From NCBI GenBank assembly GCA_964565725.1, contig CAZMGA010000006.1, forward strand, positions 2,010 through 34,009: a stretch of DNA of 32,000 nucleotides, written 5' to 3'. The notes beneath the pieces are model-generated. The model saw nothing but the letters and a program-made list of their open reading frames with translations. It was not told where the DNA came from and searched no databases. Shown piece by piece: positions 1 through 8,511 of this stretch. The first letter of the stretch is position 1. The number at the start of each line of letters is the position of its first letter. The position numbers were made by a program, and so were the translations under genes. The stretch is from an uncultured archaeon (lineage in GTDB: Archaea > Iainarchaeota > Iainarchaeia > Iainarchaeales > 0-14-0-20-30-16).

Positions 1-31
1 TATAACAGTACAATTTTTTTTATTTTTTTTA

Positions 32-580
32 ATGATAGGTATACCATTTTGGGCTGAATATTATTTATTTTTAAAAAATAAAAAGAAAAAAATATTTAGT
101 AAAAAACAAATCATTCTTTTTTTAAATAATTTTATTGAAAAATATAACTTTAAAAATTTTAATTTTAAAATTTTTTTGAATGCTATTTTTATTGGTTTAA
201 TATTGTTTTTAATTAATGTATTATTTTCTACTTTTGCATATTATTTACCAATAGGGGATTTAGAAAACATATCTAATAATTTATTTAATGATTTTTTAAT
301 TAATCCTTTATTAATGATTTTATATTTATTTATTTTGGCATTTGCTGAAGAATTTTTCTTTAGATTATTTTTAACAACTTATTCTGGTATTTGGATATCT
401 TCTTTAATTTTTGCTTTATTACATTTTTCATATAATTCTTTTTTTGAAATTATTGGTGCTTTTATATTAGGTTTAATATTAGCAAAAACTTGGAAAAAAA
501 CAAATAATTTTTATGTTGTTTGGATAGCCCATTTTTTACAAAACTTGTTAGTTATTATATGTTTTTTTATTTTTAAATAG
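32..580 (+). CDS. CPBP-family (CAAX/Abi-type) intramembrane glutamic endopeptidase
   Basis: 182 aa polytopic membrane ORF with the three CPBP motifs in order: EExxxR (AFAEEFFFRLF), FxxxH (FALLHF), HxxxN (HFLQN). Confidence 0.7.
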   Translation: MIGIPFWAEYYLFLKNKKKKIFSKKQIILFLNNFIEKYNFKNFNFKIFLNAIFIGLILFLINVLFSTFAYYLPIGDLENISNNLFNDFLINPLLMILYLFILAFAEEFFFRLFLTTYSGIWISSLIFALLHFSYNSFFEIIGAFILGLILAKTWKKTNNFYVVWIAHFLQNLLVIICFFIFK

Positions 581-727
581 TATATTATAAAAATTATCTT
601 AATTCTGAAAAATCTTTGCTTTTTTTACTTTTTAAATTCTTAGGCAAAGTATTTAAAATTCTTTGAGAATTATTTTTATAATTTTTTTTTGAAACAATTT
701 CATGTTTTGTAAACATACCATAATAAG

Positions 728-770
728 AAAAAAAAGTTTATATATTATTATCTTTTCAGAATGAAAAGAT
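728..770 (-). terminator. Hairpin plus oligo-T just downstream of the 775..1128 minus-strand gene
   Basis: Perfect 8-bp stem atcttttc (750-757) / gaaaagat (763-770) with a 5-nt loop. On the minus strand a T8 run follows (A8 on + at 728-735). Confidence 0.4.
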
Positions 771-774
771 TAAA

Positions 775-1128
775 TTATAATTTAATCATTTTCAAATCTT
801 TAATAACAGGTATTTCCCATTTTTCTTTTTGTGTTGCTTTTACTATTGATACTATAATTACAACTACGAAAAAACACCATATTATTGCAAATATAATTCC
901 AAAAATTCCAAAAGTTAGTTTTGTTAATATAGCACTTATAAAAGACAAAATTATTTCTAATAAAAATAGATTTAGTCCTTGTTCTAAATGGAATTTAATA
1001 AATTCTGTTTTTTCTTTATTTGATATTATTAATAAAGGAATTAACACTAAAAAACCTAAATAGGATAAAATTGCAGTCATAAGTTCATTATTGCTTAATT
1101 CTTTTGATTCATTTTTTTTAGTAACCAT
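775..1128 (-). CDS. Small membrane protein, DUF4870-like
   Basis: 117 aa with about 3 TM helices. LSYLGFLVLIPLL...FIKFHLEQGLNLFLL resembles the DUF4870 pattern. GAGGT Shine-Dalgarno site before the ATG. Preferred over the overlapping + strand ORF 761..1063, which is low-complexity. Confidence 0.5.
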   Translation of the reverse strand: MVTKKNESKELSNNELMTAILSYLGFLVLIPLLIISNKEKTEFIKFHLEQGLNLFLLEIILSFISAILTKLTFGIFGIIFAIIWCFFVVVIIVSIVKATQKEKWEIPVIKDLKMIKL

Positions 1129-1161
1129 AAATATACCTCTTAAAATATTAATATAATATTT

Positions 1162-1183
1162 AAAAGATATTTAAATATCTTTT
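1162..1183. promoter_or_regulatory. Perfect 22-bp palindromic TATA element between divergent genes
   Basis: aaaagatatttaaatatctttt equals its own reverse complement. The centre lies 44 bp from the minus-strand ATG (1128) and 56 bp from the kae1 ATG (1228). Each gene keeps an SD-containing leader (GAGGT; GTGAT). Confidence 0.4.
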
Positions 1184-1227
1184 GTTTTTATATTTGTATA
1201 ATTTATTCTTTAATTTTATGTGATAAT

Positions 1228-2214
1228 ATGAAATATATTTTAGGTATAGAAAGTACAGCACATACTTTTGGTATAGGTATTGTAAATGATAAAAAAGAAA
1301 TTTTAGCAAATATTAGAGATACTTTGACTGTAGAACAAGGTGGTTTTTTACCGAGAGATGCTGCTGAACATCATTATAATTTGGCAGTTAGTTTATTAGA
1401 AAAAGCTTTGGATACTGCAAAAATTAAATTAAAGGATATATCTTTAATTTCTTTTTCTCAAAGCCCTGGAATTGGACAATGTTTACAAGTAGGTGCAAAT
1501 TTTGCAAGATATTTATCATTAATTACAAATAAGCCAATTATAGGTGTAAATCACTGTTTAGCCCATATAGAAATAGGTAAAATAACTACTGATTTAAAAG
1601 ATCCTTTAACTATTTTTGTTTCTGGCGCAAATACTCAAATAATTGCTTACAAAAATAAGAAATACAGAATTTATGGTGAAACTTTAGATATTGGTTTAGG
1701 AAATGCTTTAGATCAGTTTGGTAGAGCATTAAATATTGGTTTTCCGGCAGGTCCTGTTTTAGATAAAAAATATTTTTTAGGTGAAAATTATATTGATTTG
1801 CCTTATACTGTAAAAGGTATGGATTTGGCTTTTTGTGGAATTTTAACTTCTGCAAAATTAAAAATTGGAAAAGTAAATGAAAATGATTTAATATTTAGTT
1901 ATTTGCATACTTTGTATTCTATGCTTTTGGAAGTTGTAGAAAGAGCTGTATATTATGCCAAAAAAAAAGAAATAATGGTTGTTGGAGGAGTTGCAGCATC
2001 AAAAGCATTAAGACAAATGTTAGAATCTCTAGTTGAACAGAGAAATTTAAAATTAGGTTTTGTGCCTTTAGAGTTTGCTGGTGATAATGGCGCAATGATT
2101 GCTTGGCAAGGTTATTTACAATATTATAAAGCTAATGAAAGATTAGAATATGCTGATTTGAAAGTAGACCCTTACAAAAGATTAGATTCAATTAAAATTA
2201 ATTATATAAAATAG
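1228..2214 (+). CDS. kae1: tRNA N6-adenosine threonylcarbamoyltransferase Kae1 (KEOPS catalytic subunit), not fused to Bud32
   Basis: 328 aa. N-terminal ILGIESTAHTFGIGIV and metal-binding GVNHCLAHIE motifs; C-terminal GDNGAMIAW. Confidence 0.9.
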   Translation: MKYILGIESTAHTFGIGIVNDKKEILANIRDTLTVEQGGFLPRDAAEHHYNLAVSLLEKALDTAKIKLKDISLISFSQSPGIGQCLQVGANFARYLSLITNKPIIGVNHCLAHIEIGKITTDLKDPLTIFVSGANTQIIAYKNKKYRIYGETLDIGLGNALDQFGRALNIGFPAGPVLDKKYFLGENYIDLPYTVKGMDLAFCGILTSAKLKIGKVNENDLIFSYLHTLYSMLLEVVERAVYYAKKKEIMVVGGVAASKALRQMLESLVEQRNLKLGFVPLEFAGDNGAMIAWQGYLQYYKANERLEYADLKVDPYKRLDSIKINYIK

Positions 2215-2739
2215 CATATTCTTTTTTGTTTTTCTTTTTTATTTCTGATTTTGTTAAACCATCTAATTCGTGAGGAAATACTAGCCATGCTTTTGTTTTA
2301 TGTAAATAAAAATCTGGACTTATATTTGTTATATTTTTGCTAGGTTTGTAATAAATTGTAGCTATTTTTAAATTAGGATTTTTTTTAGATTCTTTAATTT
2401 TATTAACTATTACATTTAATGTTTTTCCAGAATCAAAAATATCATCAACAATTAATAATTTTGTTTTAGAATTTAATTTTTTTATTAAATCTGGAAATTC
2501 CTCTATTTTTATTTTAGTTTGATTATTTATACCTCTGTATGATTCTGTTCTTATTGCTTTATGAAATTTTATATCTTTTCCTGCATATCTAAATAACTCG
2601 TGAATTACTATTCCTACAGGTGTACCTCCTCTTCACAAAGCAATTAAGATATCTGGAACATAATTAGAATCTAATATTTTTTTGCTAATTTTAAAGATTT
2701 TAAATATAAATTATTTGCACTAATAAATTTTTTTTCCAT
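2198..2739 (-). pseudogene. Type-I purine/pyrimidine phosphoribosyltransferase, disrupted by one -1 frameshift and one in-frame TGA
   Basis: Manual minus-strand translation gives MEKKFISANNLYLKSLKLAKK, then a frame change in the A7 run (T7 on + at 2677-2683). It continues ILDSNYVPDILIAL, TGA (2633-2635), RGGTPVGIVIHELF...KLLIVDDIFDSGKTLN...KAWLVFPHELDG. The PRPP-binding VDDxxDSGxT motif and RGG loop are present. The 3' end overlaps the kae1 stop convergently. Confidence 0.7.
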
Positions 2740-2789
2740 ATATTATATACATCTTATTTATTAATATTTTTGTTGTTATTATTATTTAT

Positions 2790-3350
2790 ATGCCTTCAAA
2801 AACGCCTACAAGTGTTAAAAAACCAAGAGTTAAAAATCCTAACACTACTTTAAAAAGAACTGTAGGAAAAATGACTCCTGAAAGATTAAGAGAATTAGAA
2901 AAAATTGTTTCACTAGAAAAAGCTAAAAGACAAATAAGAAAACAAAAAAGAGTTGAGTTTTTAGAATCTTTAAAAAAAGGAAATACTACTTTAACTCCTG
3001 ATCAAATATCTGAACTGGAAATGTTAGAAAAGGAAGAAGATATATCTTCTGGAAGATATAATGAAAGAAGAAAATCTAGAACTCCACCAAAGACTTCTGA
3101 AACTTTAACAATAGATCATTTAAGAGTAATAATGCAAGAAAAGTTAAAAGAATTTGATTTAGAATTTCAAAAACATTCTAATTTAACATCTGTAGAAAAA
3201 GCAAATTTTGCTTTTGATAAAATTTTACAATTAGAAGGGGTTGAAAGATTTTTATCTAATTATCCTGGTCAAGAAGGTATGTTAAAAAAATATATTTTAG
3301 TATTTGTAAAAAAACATTATAATTTAGAAATAGAAAAAAATTACGGATGA
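2790..3350 (+). CDS. Hypothetical basic protein (Lys/Arg-rich N-terminal half, helical C-terminal half)
   Basis: 186 aa ORF, first gene of a co-directional block. No family recognised. Shares a TPE(R/E)L(R/K) motif with the next ORF. Confidence 0.5.
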   Translation: MPSKTPTSVKKPRVKNPNTTLKRTVGKMTPERLRELEKIVSLEKAKRQIRKQKRVEFLESLKKGNTTLTPDQISELEMLEKEEDISSGRYNERRKSRTPPKTSETLTIDHLRVIMQEKLKEFDLEFQKHSNLTSVEKANFAFDKILQLEGVERFLSNYPGQEGMLKKYILVFVKKHYNLEIEKNYG

Positions 3351-3359
3351 GTGATTTAA

Positions 3360-3809
3360 ATGCCAACTATGCAACCAAGAATTTCTTCAAGTAATAGTAG
3401 AGGTACTAGAACTACTAAAACTTTACATGATGCAAGAAGTGATAGAAGTAAAAGTGCAATTGAAAAAATAAGGAAAAGAAAATCTACAAAAGCAAAAACT
3501 CCTGAGGAATTAAAAAGAGAAAAAGAAATTGAAAGAGCAGTTAAAAAATTTAAATTAGATTTAGATAAAAAAGAAAAAAGATTACTTTCAGAATGGAAAA
3601 AATTAACTGAAAATAAAACTTTTTTGGATTATGTTAAACAATCAATGGAAGATAGCACAACATTAACATATAATTTAACAAAAAGATTAATTAATGAAGA
3701 TTTTAAAGTAATTTTTGAAGGTTTGCCTCTTAAAATTAAAAGAGATTTTTCTAATAAATTATCTAATTTAATATATAATTTTATCAATAATTATAGGAAT
3801 TCTTTATAA
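3360..3809 (+). CDS. Hypothetical basic protein, possible distant paralog of the preceding gene
   Basis: 149 aa, starting 9 nt after the previous stop. Similar architecture: MP start, S/T/R/K-rich N-terminus, then KTPEELKREKEIE. Confidence 0.5.
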   Translation: MPTMQPRISSSNSRGTRTTKTLHDARSDRSKSAIEKIRKRKSTKAKTPEELKREKEIERAVKKFKLDLDKKEKRLLSEWKKLTENKTFLDYVKQSMEDSTTLTYNLTKRLINEDFKVIFEGLPLKIKRDFSNKLSNLIYNFINNYRNSL

Positions 3810-3878
3810 TTAGATATATTTATATGCTTTATTACTTTATTTTATAAATTAAATAATATTTAAATTGAAGGTGATTTA

Positions 3879-4244
3879 ATGGTAGGTATATTTGAAGTAG
3901 AAACAATAGAATCAAAATGGGTACCTCCTTTTGATAAAAAAATATTGTCAAATATTTATTATGTAAATGAAAATGATTTATTTGATGTTGAAGAACATAT
4001 AAATGAAGATGTTTTTGGAGTTGAAAGTTTAAATTCTGATGTGGCTATAATAAAATTTGATAGAAGATTTATTGTAAAAAAAGGAATTTATTCATCAAAT
4101 ATGGATATGGTTGGACCTCAAACTATAAAATTACATTTAGGTAAACCTGTAGAATTAAGTTTTATGTGGGGTAGTTTTGGAATAACTAAAAAAATTACTT
4201 ATCAAGGTATAGGTAAAGACCAAAATTCAGACAAAAGTGAATAA
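3879..4244 (+). CDS. Hypothetical protein
   Basis: 121 aa ORF with a GGTGAT Shine-Dalgarno site 4 nt upstream. Its stop abuts the pth2 ATG. Confidence 0.5.
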   Translation: MVGIFEVETIESKWVPPFDKKILSNIYYVNENDLFDVEEHINEDVFGVESLNSDVAIIKFDRRFIVKKGIYSSNMDMVGPQTIKLHLGKPVELSFMWGSFGITKKITYQGIGKDQNSDKSE

Positions 4245-4592
4245 ATGGAATATAAACAAGCAATAATTATTAGACATGATTTGGGTATGCAAAAAGGGAA
4301 AATAGCTGCCCAAGCATCTCACGCTTCTTTAAGTGCATATTTAGAAGCTTTAAGAATTAGTCCAAAGGTAGTTGAAGATTGGATATCATATCAAAAAAAA
4401 GTAGTTCTTAAAGTTGAAAATGAAAAACAAATTTTAGATTTATTTATGCAAGTAAAAAAAATATTACCTTGCGCTTTAATAAAGGATGCTGGTAGAACAC
4501 AAGTAGAACCAGGAAGTATTACTGCTTTAGGTATTGGGCCAGCATTAGAATGTGAAATTGATAAATATACTAAAGATTTGAAATTATTGTGA
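4245..4592 (+). CDS. pth2: Peptidyl-tRNA hydrolase, archaeal/eukaryal Pth2 type
   Basis: 115 aa. [25 protein letters not shown] ... [21 protein letters not shown] ... LKLL match the Pth2 family end to end. Uses a TGA stop. Confidence 0.9.
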   Translation: MEYKQAIIIRHDLGMQKGKIAAQASHASLSAYLEALRISPKVVEDWISYQKKVVLKVENEKQILDLFMQVKKILPCALIKDAGRTQVEPGSITALGIGPALECEIDKYTKDLKLL

Positions 4593-4596
4593 GAAT

Positions 4597-5250
4597 ATGA
4601 ATTTTTATAATAGGCATAAGATTTATTTTATTTTAATTATAAGTTTACTTTGTATAATTCCTATATTAATATTATACTTTTCTTTTATGTCACCAGGATT
4701 AAATATTGAAAGTAATTTAAATTTAGATGTTGTACCTAATTTAGATATTAATTTAGAAAATAATTCAAGTCATATTATAGAAAATATAACTATTTTAATA
4801 AATAATAAATTAGTGAATAAAATTGATGTTTTATATCCCAATGATAAAAACAATTATAATTATTTGATTAACGAAGATAATATAGTTTTAACTATTTATT
4901 CTAAACAACATAGAGTTTATTCTAGAGAGTATAAGTTAAATAAATCACAATTAAATCAAAATATTTTAGAATATTCTCCAACATATTTTTTTAATAAAAT
5001 AAATAAAGTTTCGGATTTTAATTTAGAAATTTGTAATAGTTATAATTCAGAAAATTATGTTGTAGAAATCATTACAGATGGAGAATTAATTTCAAAAAAT
5101 GCTAAAAAAGAAGTAAATATTAATAAAGATGAATGTATTAATTTAGAATATAACATAATATTTAATACACAGGGTTCAAAAAAAATTAAATTTAAAATTT
5201 ATAATGATGTTTATGTTAAAGAATTATTAATAAGTGGAAATGTTAATTAG
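4597..5250 (+). CDS. Hypothetical N-terminally membrane-anchored, Asn-rich extracellular protein (beta-sandwich/CARDB-like by eye)
   Basis: 217 aa with one N-terminal TM helix (IYFILIISLLCIIPILILYF). The remainder is N/K-rich with alternating beta-like patterns. Confidence 0.5.
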   Translation: MNFYNRHKIYFILIISLLCIIPILILYFSFMSPGLNIESNLNLDVVPNLDINLENNSSHIIENITILINNKLVNKIDVLYPNDKNNYNYLINEDNIVLTIYSKQHRVYSREYKLNKSQLNQNILEYSPTYFFNKINKVSDFNLEICNSYNSENYVVEIITDGELISKNAKKEVNINKDECINLEYNIIFNTQGSKKIKFKIYNDVYVKELLISGNVN

Positions 5251-5258
5251 TGATATTT

Positions 5259-5882
5259 ATGGATGATAAGCAAAAAAGTATTGTTACAATAATTCAAAAT
5301 ATGTTATCTCAAGGTGAAAATGCAGATAATATATTATTAAATTTAAAACAAATGGGTGTTCCTGAAGATCAAGCAAAAACATTATTAATGATTGCTCAAA
5401 CAAATACTTTGGCTGTTTTAAAAGGGGAAGTTAAAAATATTGTTTCTGAAGAATTTGATGAAAAATATCCTAACTTTGAAGAAAAGTTAAAAGAAAACAT
5501 TAATGATAAAGTAAATAAAACAGAAACTATTATTAAAAAAGAAGTATTTGAAACATTAAATAATAAAACTAAAGAATTTCAAACAGAACAACAAAAATAT
5601 GTTGATAAAATAGTTAATGTGTCTGTTCAACAAGATTCAAAAATACAACAAATTCAAAATAAATTAAATGAATTAGGTTCTAATTATGATAAATTAGCAA
5701 TAGGTTCCACAAAATCATTTTTTTATTTAAGAATTGCATCTTTTTGTATAGGTATAATAATTGCTATATTTTTAATATATAAATTATTTACTTTAGTACC
5801 AGGTTATTCAATAGATTACTTATTATTCTACATAATAGCTGGTTTAATTGCAACTATATTAATAGTATTAGGATTAATGTAA
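5259..5882 (+). CDS. Hypothetical coiled-coil protein with two C-terminal TM helices
   Basis: I prefer ATG 5259 to the listed GTG 5250 because AGTGAT lies 4 nt upstream of it. Long K/E/Q-rich helical region, then a hydrophobic C-terminus. Confidence 0.5.
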   Translation: MDDKQKSIVTIIQNMLSQGENADNILLNLKQMGVPEDQAKTLLMIAQTNTLAVLKGEVKNIVSEEFDEKYPNFEEKLKENINDKVNKTETIIKKEVFETLNNKTKEFQTEQQKYVDKIVNVSVQQDSKIQQIQNKLNELGSNYDKLAIGSTKSFFYLRIASFCIGIIIAIFLIYKLFTLVPGYSIDYLLFYIIAGLIATILIVLGLM

Positions 5883-5907
5883 AATTAAAAATAGGATATT
5901 TTTAATC

Positions 5908-6204
5908 CTATTTATATTTTTCAATTAATTCTCTAATTTTAGGTTCAGGATAAGCCCCAACAAACATATCTATAGGTTCTTTGTTTTTATAAAAAACTAC
6001 AGTAGGTATAGACATTACTCCTAAATTTTCAGCAATTTGTTGTTCTAGATCTACATTTATTTTAATTAATTTGATTTTATACTCATCACATAATTTTTGA
6101 AGTACTGGTCCTAATGCCTTACAAGGCCCACACCAATCAGCAAATAAGTCTACTATAATTAAACCAACTTTACTTTGTTCTATTACTTCTTTATCAAAAT
6201 CCAT
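5908..6204 (-). CDS. trxA: Thioredoxin
   Basis: 98 aa with the WCGPCK active site and typical thioredoxin length. GAGGGAT Shine-Dalgarno site upstream. Confidence 0.9.
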   Translation of the reverse strand: MDFDKEVIEQSKVGLIIVDLFADWCGPCKALGPVLQKLCDEYKIKLIKINVDLEQQIAENLGVMSIPTVVFYKNKEPIDMFVGAYPEPKIRELIEKYK

Positions 6205-6296
6205 ATTTATCCCTCAATTTATTTTTTTATTATATTTTTATATTATTATATAAATATTTAATAACCCTTTTTATATTTTTGTGTTTGTTTATATTT

Positions 6297-8492
6297 ATGG
6301 ATGCTGAAAATAATAAAGATAATAATGATTATGCTGAAGATTATAAGGATTTAGATGATAATTTATCAGGCAATATTTATGATGATGAATCATTACCTAA
6401 GGATGAGGAATACAATCCTTTTATTAAAAAATTTGAATATTTTTTGAATTCTTATTATAAGAAAGAATTAGATTATCTAATTCAAGTTTATCCTTCAAAG
6501 AAAAGTTTATTAATTGATTTTGAATTAATAGAACAATATGACCCTAGTTTAGCTGATGAATTAATTGCAAATCCTGAATATATTATTGGAAATATTCATT
6601 CGGCCGCAAAAAATTATGAATCTATATTATTAGAAGAGAAAAAAGATTTTGATCCTGTTATAAGAATTAGTAATTTACCTAAAGATAAAAGAATTATGAT
6701 AAAACACATATCTTCAGATCATTTAGGTAAGTTTATTTGTGTTGAGGGTTTAGTAAAACAATTTACAACTGTATTGCCAAAATTAAAAAAAGCACATTTT
6801 ATTTGTCAAAAATGTGGATTTGAATTAAATTTACATCAAGAAAGTTTGGATTTAGTAAAACCAAAAATTTGCCCAGAGTGTAAACATAGAGTATTTACTT
6901 TGGATGAAATTAATAGTGAATTTATAGATTATCAAAAATTAGAAATACAAGATCTTTTAGAAAATCTAAGGGGTGGAGAACAAAGTAGTACTATTAATGT
7001 TTATGTTCAAGGTGATTTAGTAAATTCTTTCACTGCTGGAGAAAGATTAATTATTTCTGGAATATTAAAATTAAGAACTCCGCCAGAAGTAAAACAAACT
7101 GTTTTCAGTCAATATATTTTATCATCTAGTATTGAATCAAGTAAACAAGATTTTGAAACTATAGAAATAACTAAAGAAGATGAAGAAAAATTAAAAGAAT
7201 TATCAAATAATCCCGAGATTTATAACATGTTAGTAGATTCTATAGCTCCGCATATAAATGGGCATCAAGAAATAAAATTGGCTGTAGCTTTACAATTATT
7301 TGGAGGTGTTAGAAAAACTTTAGATAATCAATCAAAAATTAGAGGAAATTTACATATATTGTTAGTTGGTGATCCAGGTGTTGGAAAATCTCAAATTTTG
7401 AAAGCTGCTGAAAAAATCGCACCTAAAAGTATTTATATAGTTGGTAAAACTGCTTCTGGAGCAGGTCTTACTGCAACAGCTGTAAAAGATGAATTTGGAG
7501 AAGGTGGTTGGACACTAAAAGCAGGAGCATTAGTATTAGCAAATGGTGGATTTGCTATGGTAGATGAATTTGATAAAATGGATCCTGAAGATAGAAGTGC
7601 AATGCACGAAGCATTAGAACAAGAAACAGTATCTATTGCAAAAGCTGGAATGGTAACTTCTTTTAAAACAGAAACTTCTGTATTAGCTGCTGCAAACCCT
7701 AAATATGGTAGATTTGATTCTCATAAAGATGTGCCTTCACAAATAGATATTCCTCCAACATTAATGTCTAGATTTGATTTATTTTTTGTTTTGCAAGATA
7801 TTGTTGATAATGTAAAAGATAAAGAAACAATAGATTCTATTTTAAGAGCTCATAAAACTGGTGCTTTATTACAAAAACAAAAAGATTCACAGTTAAACGA
7901 AAGAGAAAAAACATCTTTAGATAAAATAAATATTATTTCTTCTTTAGATCAAGAGTTATTAAGAAAATATATTTCTTATGCAAGAACGAGAGTATTTCCT
8001 GTTTTAAGTGATGTGGGTTCAGAAATGCTTCAAAAGTTTTTTTTAAGTTTAAGACAAAAAAGTCAAGATGGAAGAGTAACTGTAACATATAGACAATTAG
8101 AAGCTTTAATTAGATTAGCAGAAGCTAGTGCAAGAGTAAGATTATCTGAAAAAGTTTTGGAAGAAGATATTGAAAGAGCTATTGGTTTATATAAAAAATC
8201 TATGGAACAAGTTGGAATGGATCCAGAAACAGGAGAAATGGATATTGATTTAATAACCAGCGGTAGAAGTCATAGTCAAAATCAAAGACATTTAAAAATA
8301 ATGGAAATAATAACTAAATTAAATGCAATAACTGATTATGAAAAAGGAGTACCTATGGATTTAATTTTAGAACATTGTGAATCAGAAGGCATAGATAAAT
8401 TAAAAGCAAAAGAAATTATAAGAAAATTAATTAATACTGGAGAGTTATATGAACCAAGAAACGGATTCATCAAAGTTCCAAATTCTACATAA
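6297..8492 (+). CDS. mcm: Replicative helicase MCM
   Basis: Zn finger CQKCG...CPECK, Walker A GDPGVGKSQ, Walker B DEFDKM, arginine finger SRFDL, C-terminal winged-helix-like tail. ATG 6297 is preferred to the listed TTG 6279 because a TATA-like ttttatattt lies about 24 nt upstream, implying a leaderless transcript. Confidence 0.95.
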   Translation: MDAENNKDNNDYAEDYKDLDDNLSGNIYDDESLPKDEEYNPFIKKFEYFLNSYYKKELDYLIQVYPSKKSLLIDFELIEQYDPSLADELIANPEYIIGNIHSAAKNYESILLEEKKDFDPVIRISNLPKDKRIMIKHISSDHLGKFICVEGLVKQFTTVLPKLKKAHFICQKCGFELNLHQESLDLVKPKICPECKHRVFTLDEINSEFIDYQKLEIQDLLENLRGGEQSSTINVYVQGDLVNSFTAGERLIISGILKLRTPPEVKQTVFSQYILSSSIESSKQDFETIEITKEDEEKLKELSNNPEIYNMLVDSIAPHINGHQEIKLAVALQLFGGVRKTLDNQSKIRGNLHILLVGDPGVGKSQILKAAEKIAPKSIYIVGKTASGAGLTATAVKDEFGEGGWTLKAGALVLANGGFAMVDEFDKMDPEDRSAMHEALEQETVSIAKAGMVTSFKTETSVLAAANPKYGRFDSHKDVPSQIDIPPTLMSRFDLFFVLQDIVDNVKDKETIDSILRAHKTGALLQKQKDSQLNEREKTSLDKINIISSLDQELLRKYISYARTRVFPVLSDVGSEMLQKFFLSLRQKSQDGRVTVTYRQLEALIRLAEASARVRLSEKVLEEDIERAIGLYKKSMEQVGMDPETGEMDIDLITSGRSHSQNQRHLKIMEIITKLNAITDYEKGVPMDLILEHCESEGIDKLKAKEIIRKLINTGELYEPRNGFIKVPNST

Positions 8493-8511
8493 AGTTAATA
8501 TAAAATATAAA

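Noticed and set aside
594-716. 40 aa basic ORF on the minus strand (MFTKHEIVSKKNYKNNSQRILNTLPKNLKSKKSKDFSELR) in the 581-774 spacer
   Set aside because: It has no SD and no recognisable family, and it is very short and low-complexity. It cannot be distinguished from chance in AT-rich DNA.
761-1063. 100 aa + strand ORF overlapping the 775..1128 gene
   Set aside because: The minus-strand frame gives a coherent DUF4870-like membrane protein with an SD. The + frame has no motif and its ATG lies inside the terminator hairpin.
1610-1855. Short antisense ORFs listed in the track (1610-1855, 9072-9293, 19009-19218, 19252-19458, 19696-19887, 21631-21846, 23408-23654, 31281-31505)
   Set aside because: Each lies wholly inside a longer ORF on the other strand that has clear family motifs or coherent membrane or coiled-coil character. 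None has an SD or promoter.
2633-2635. Possibility that TGA is read as Trp (genetic code 4-like), which would make the phosphoribosyltransferase readable
   Set aside because: All conserved long genes (mcm, valS, glyS, ftsZ, deoA) are open in the standard code and use TGG for Trp throughout. A genome this AT-rich with TGA=Trp should show many in-frame TGAs. TGA also ends pth2 exactly at the family-typical C-terminus LKLL. Both TGA-terminated genes do have a TAA within 3 codons (2790..3350) or 7 codons (pth2) downstream, so occasional readthrough cannot be excluded.
6279-6296. Alternative upstream starts given by the ORF track (mcm TTG 6279, glyS GTG 24973, 5250 GTG, 9387 GTG, 29546 GTG, 8449 ATG)
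   Set aside because: In most cases (glyS, 5250, 9387) the upstream codon lies inside or before the SD-like sequence; for mcm and dtdA a downstream ATG sits at leaderless spacing from a TATA, and 8449 overlaps mcm. These refinements are inferences, not proven.
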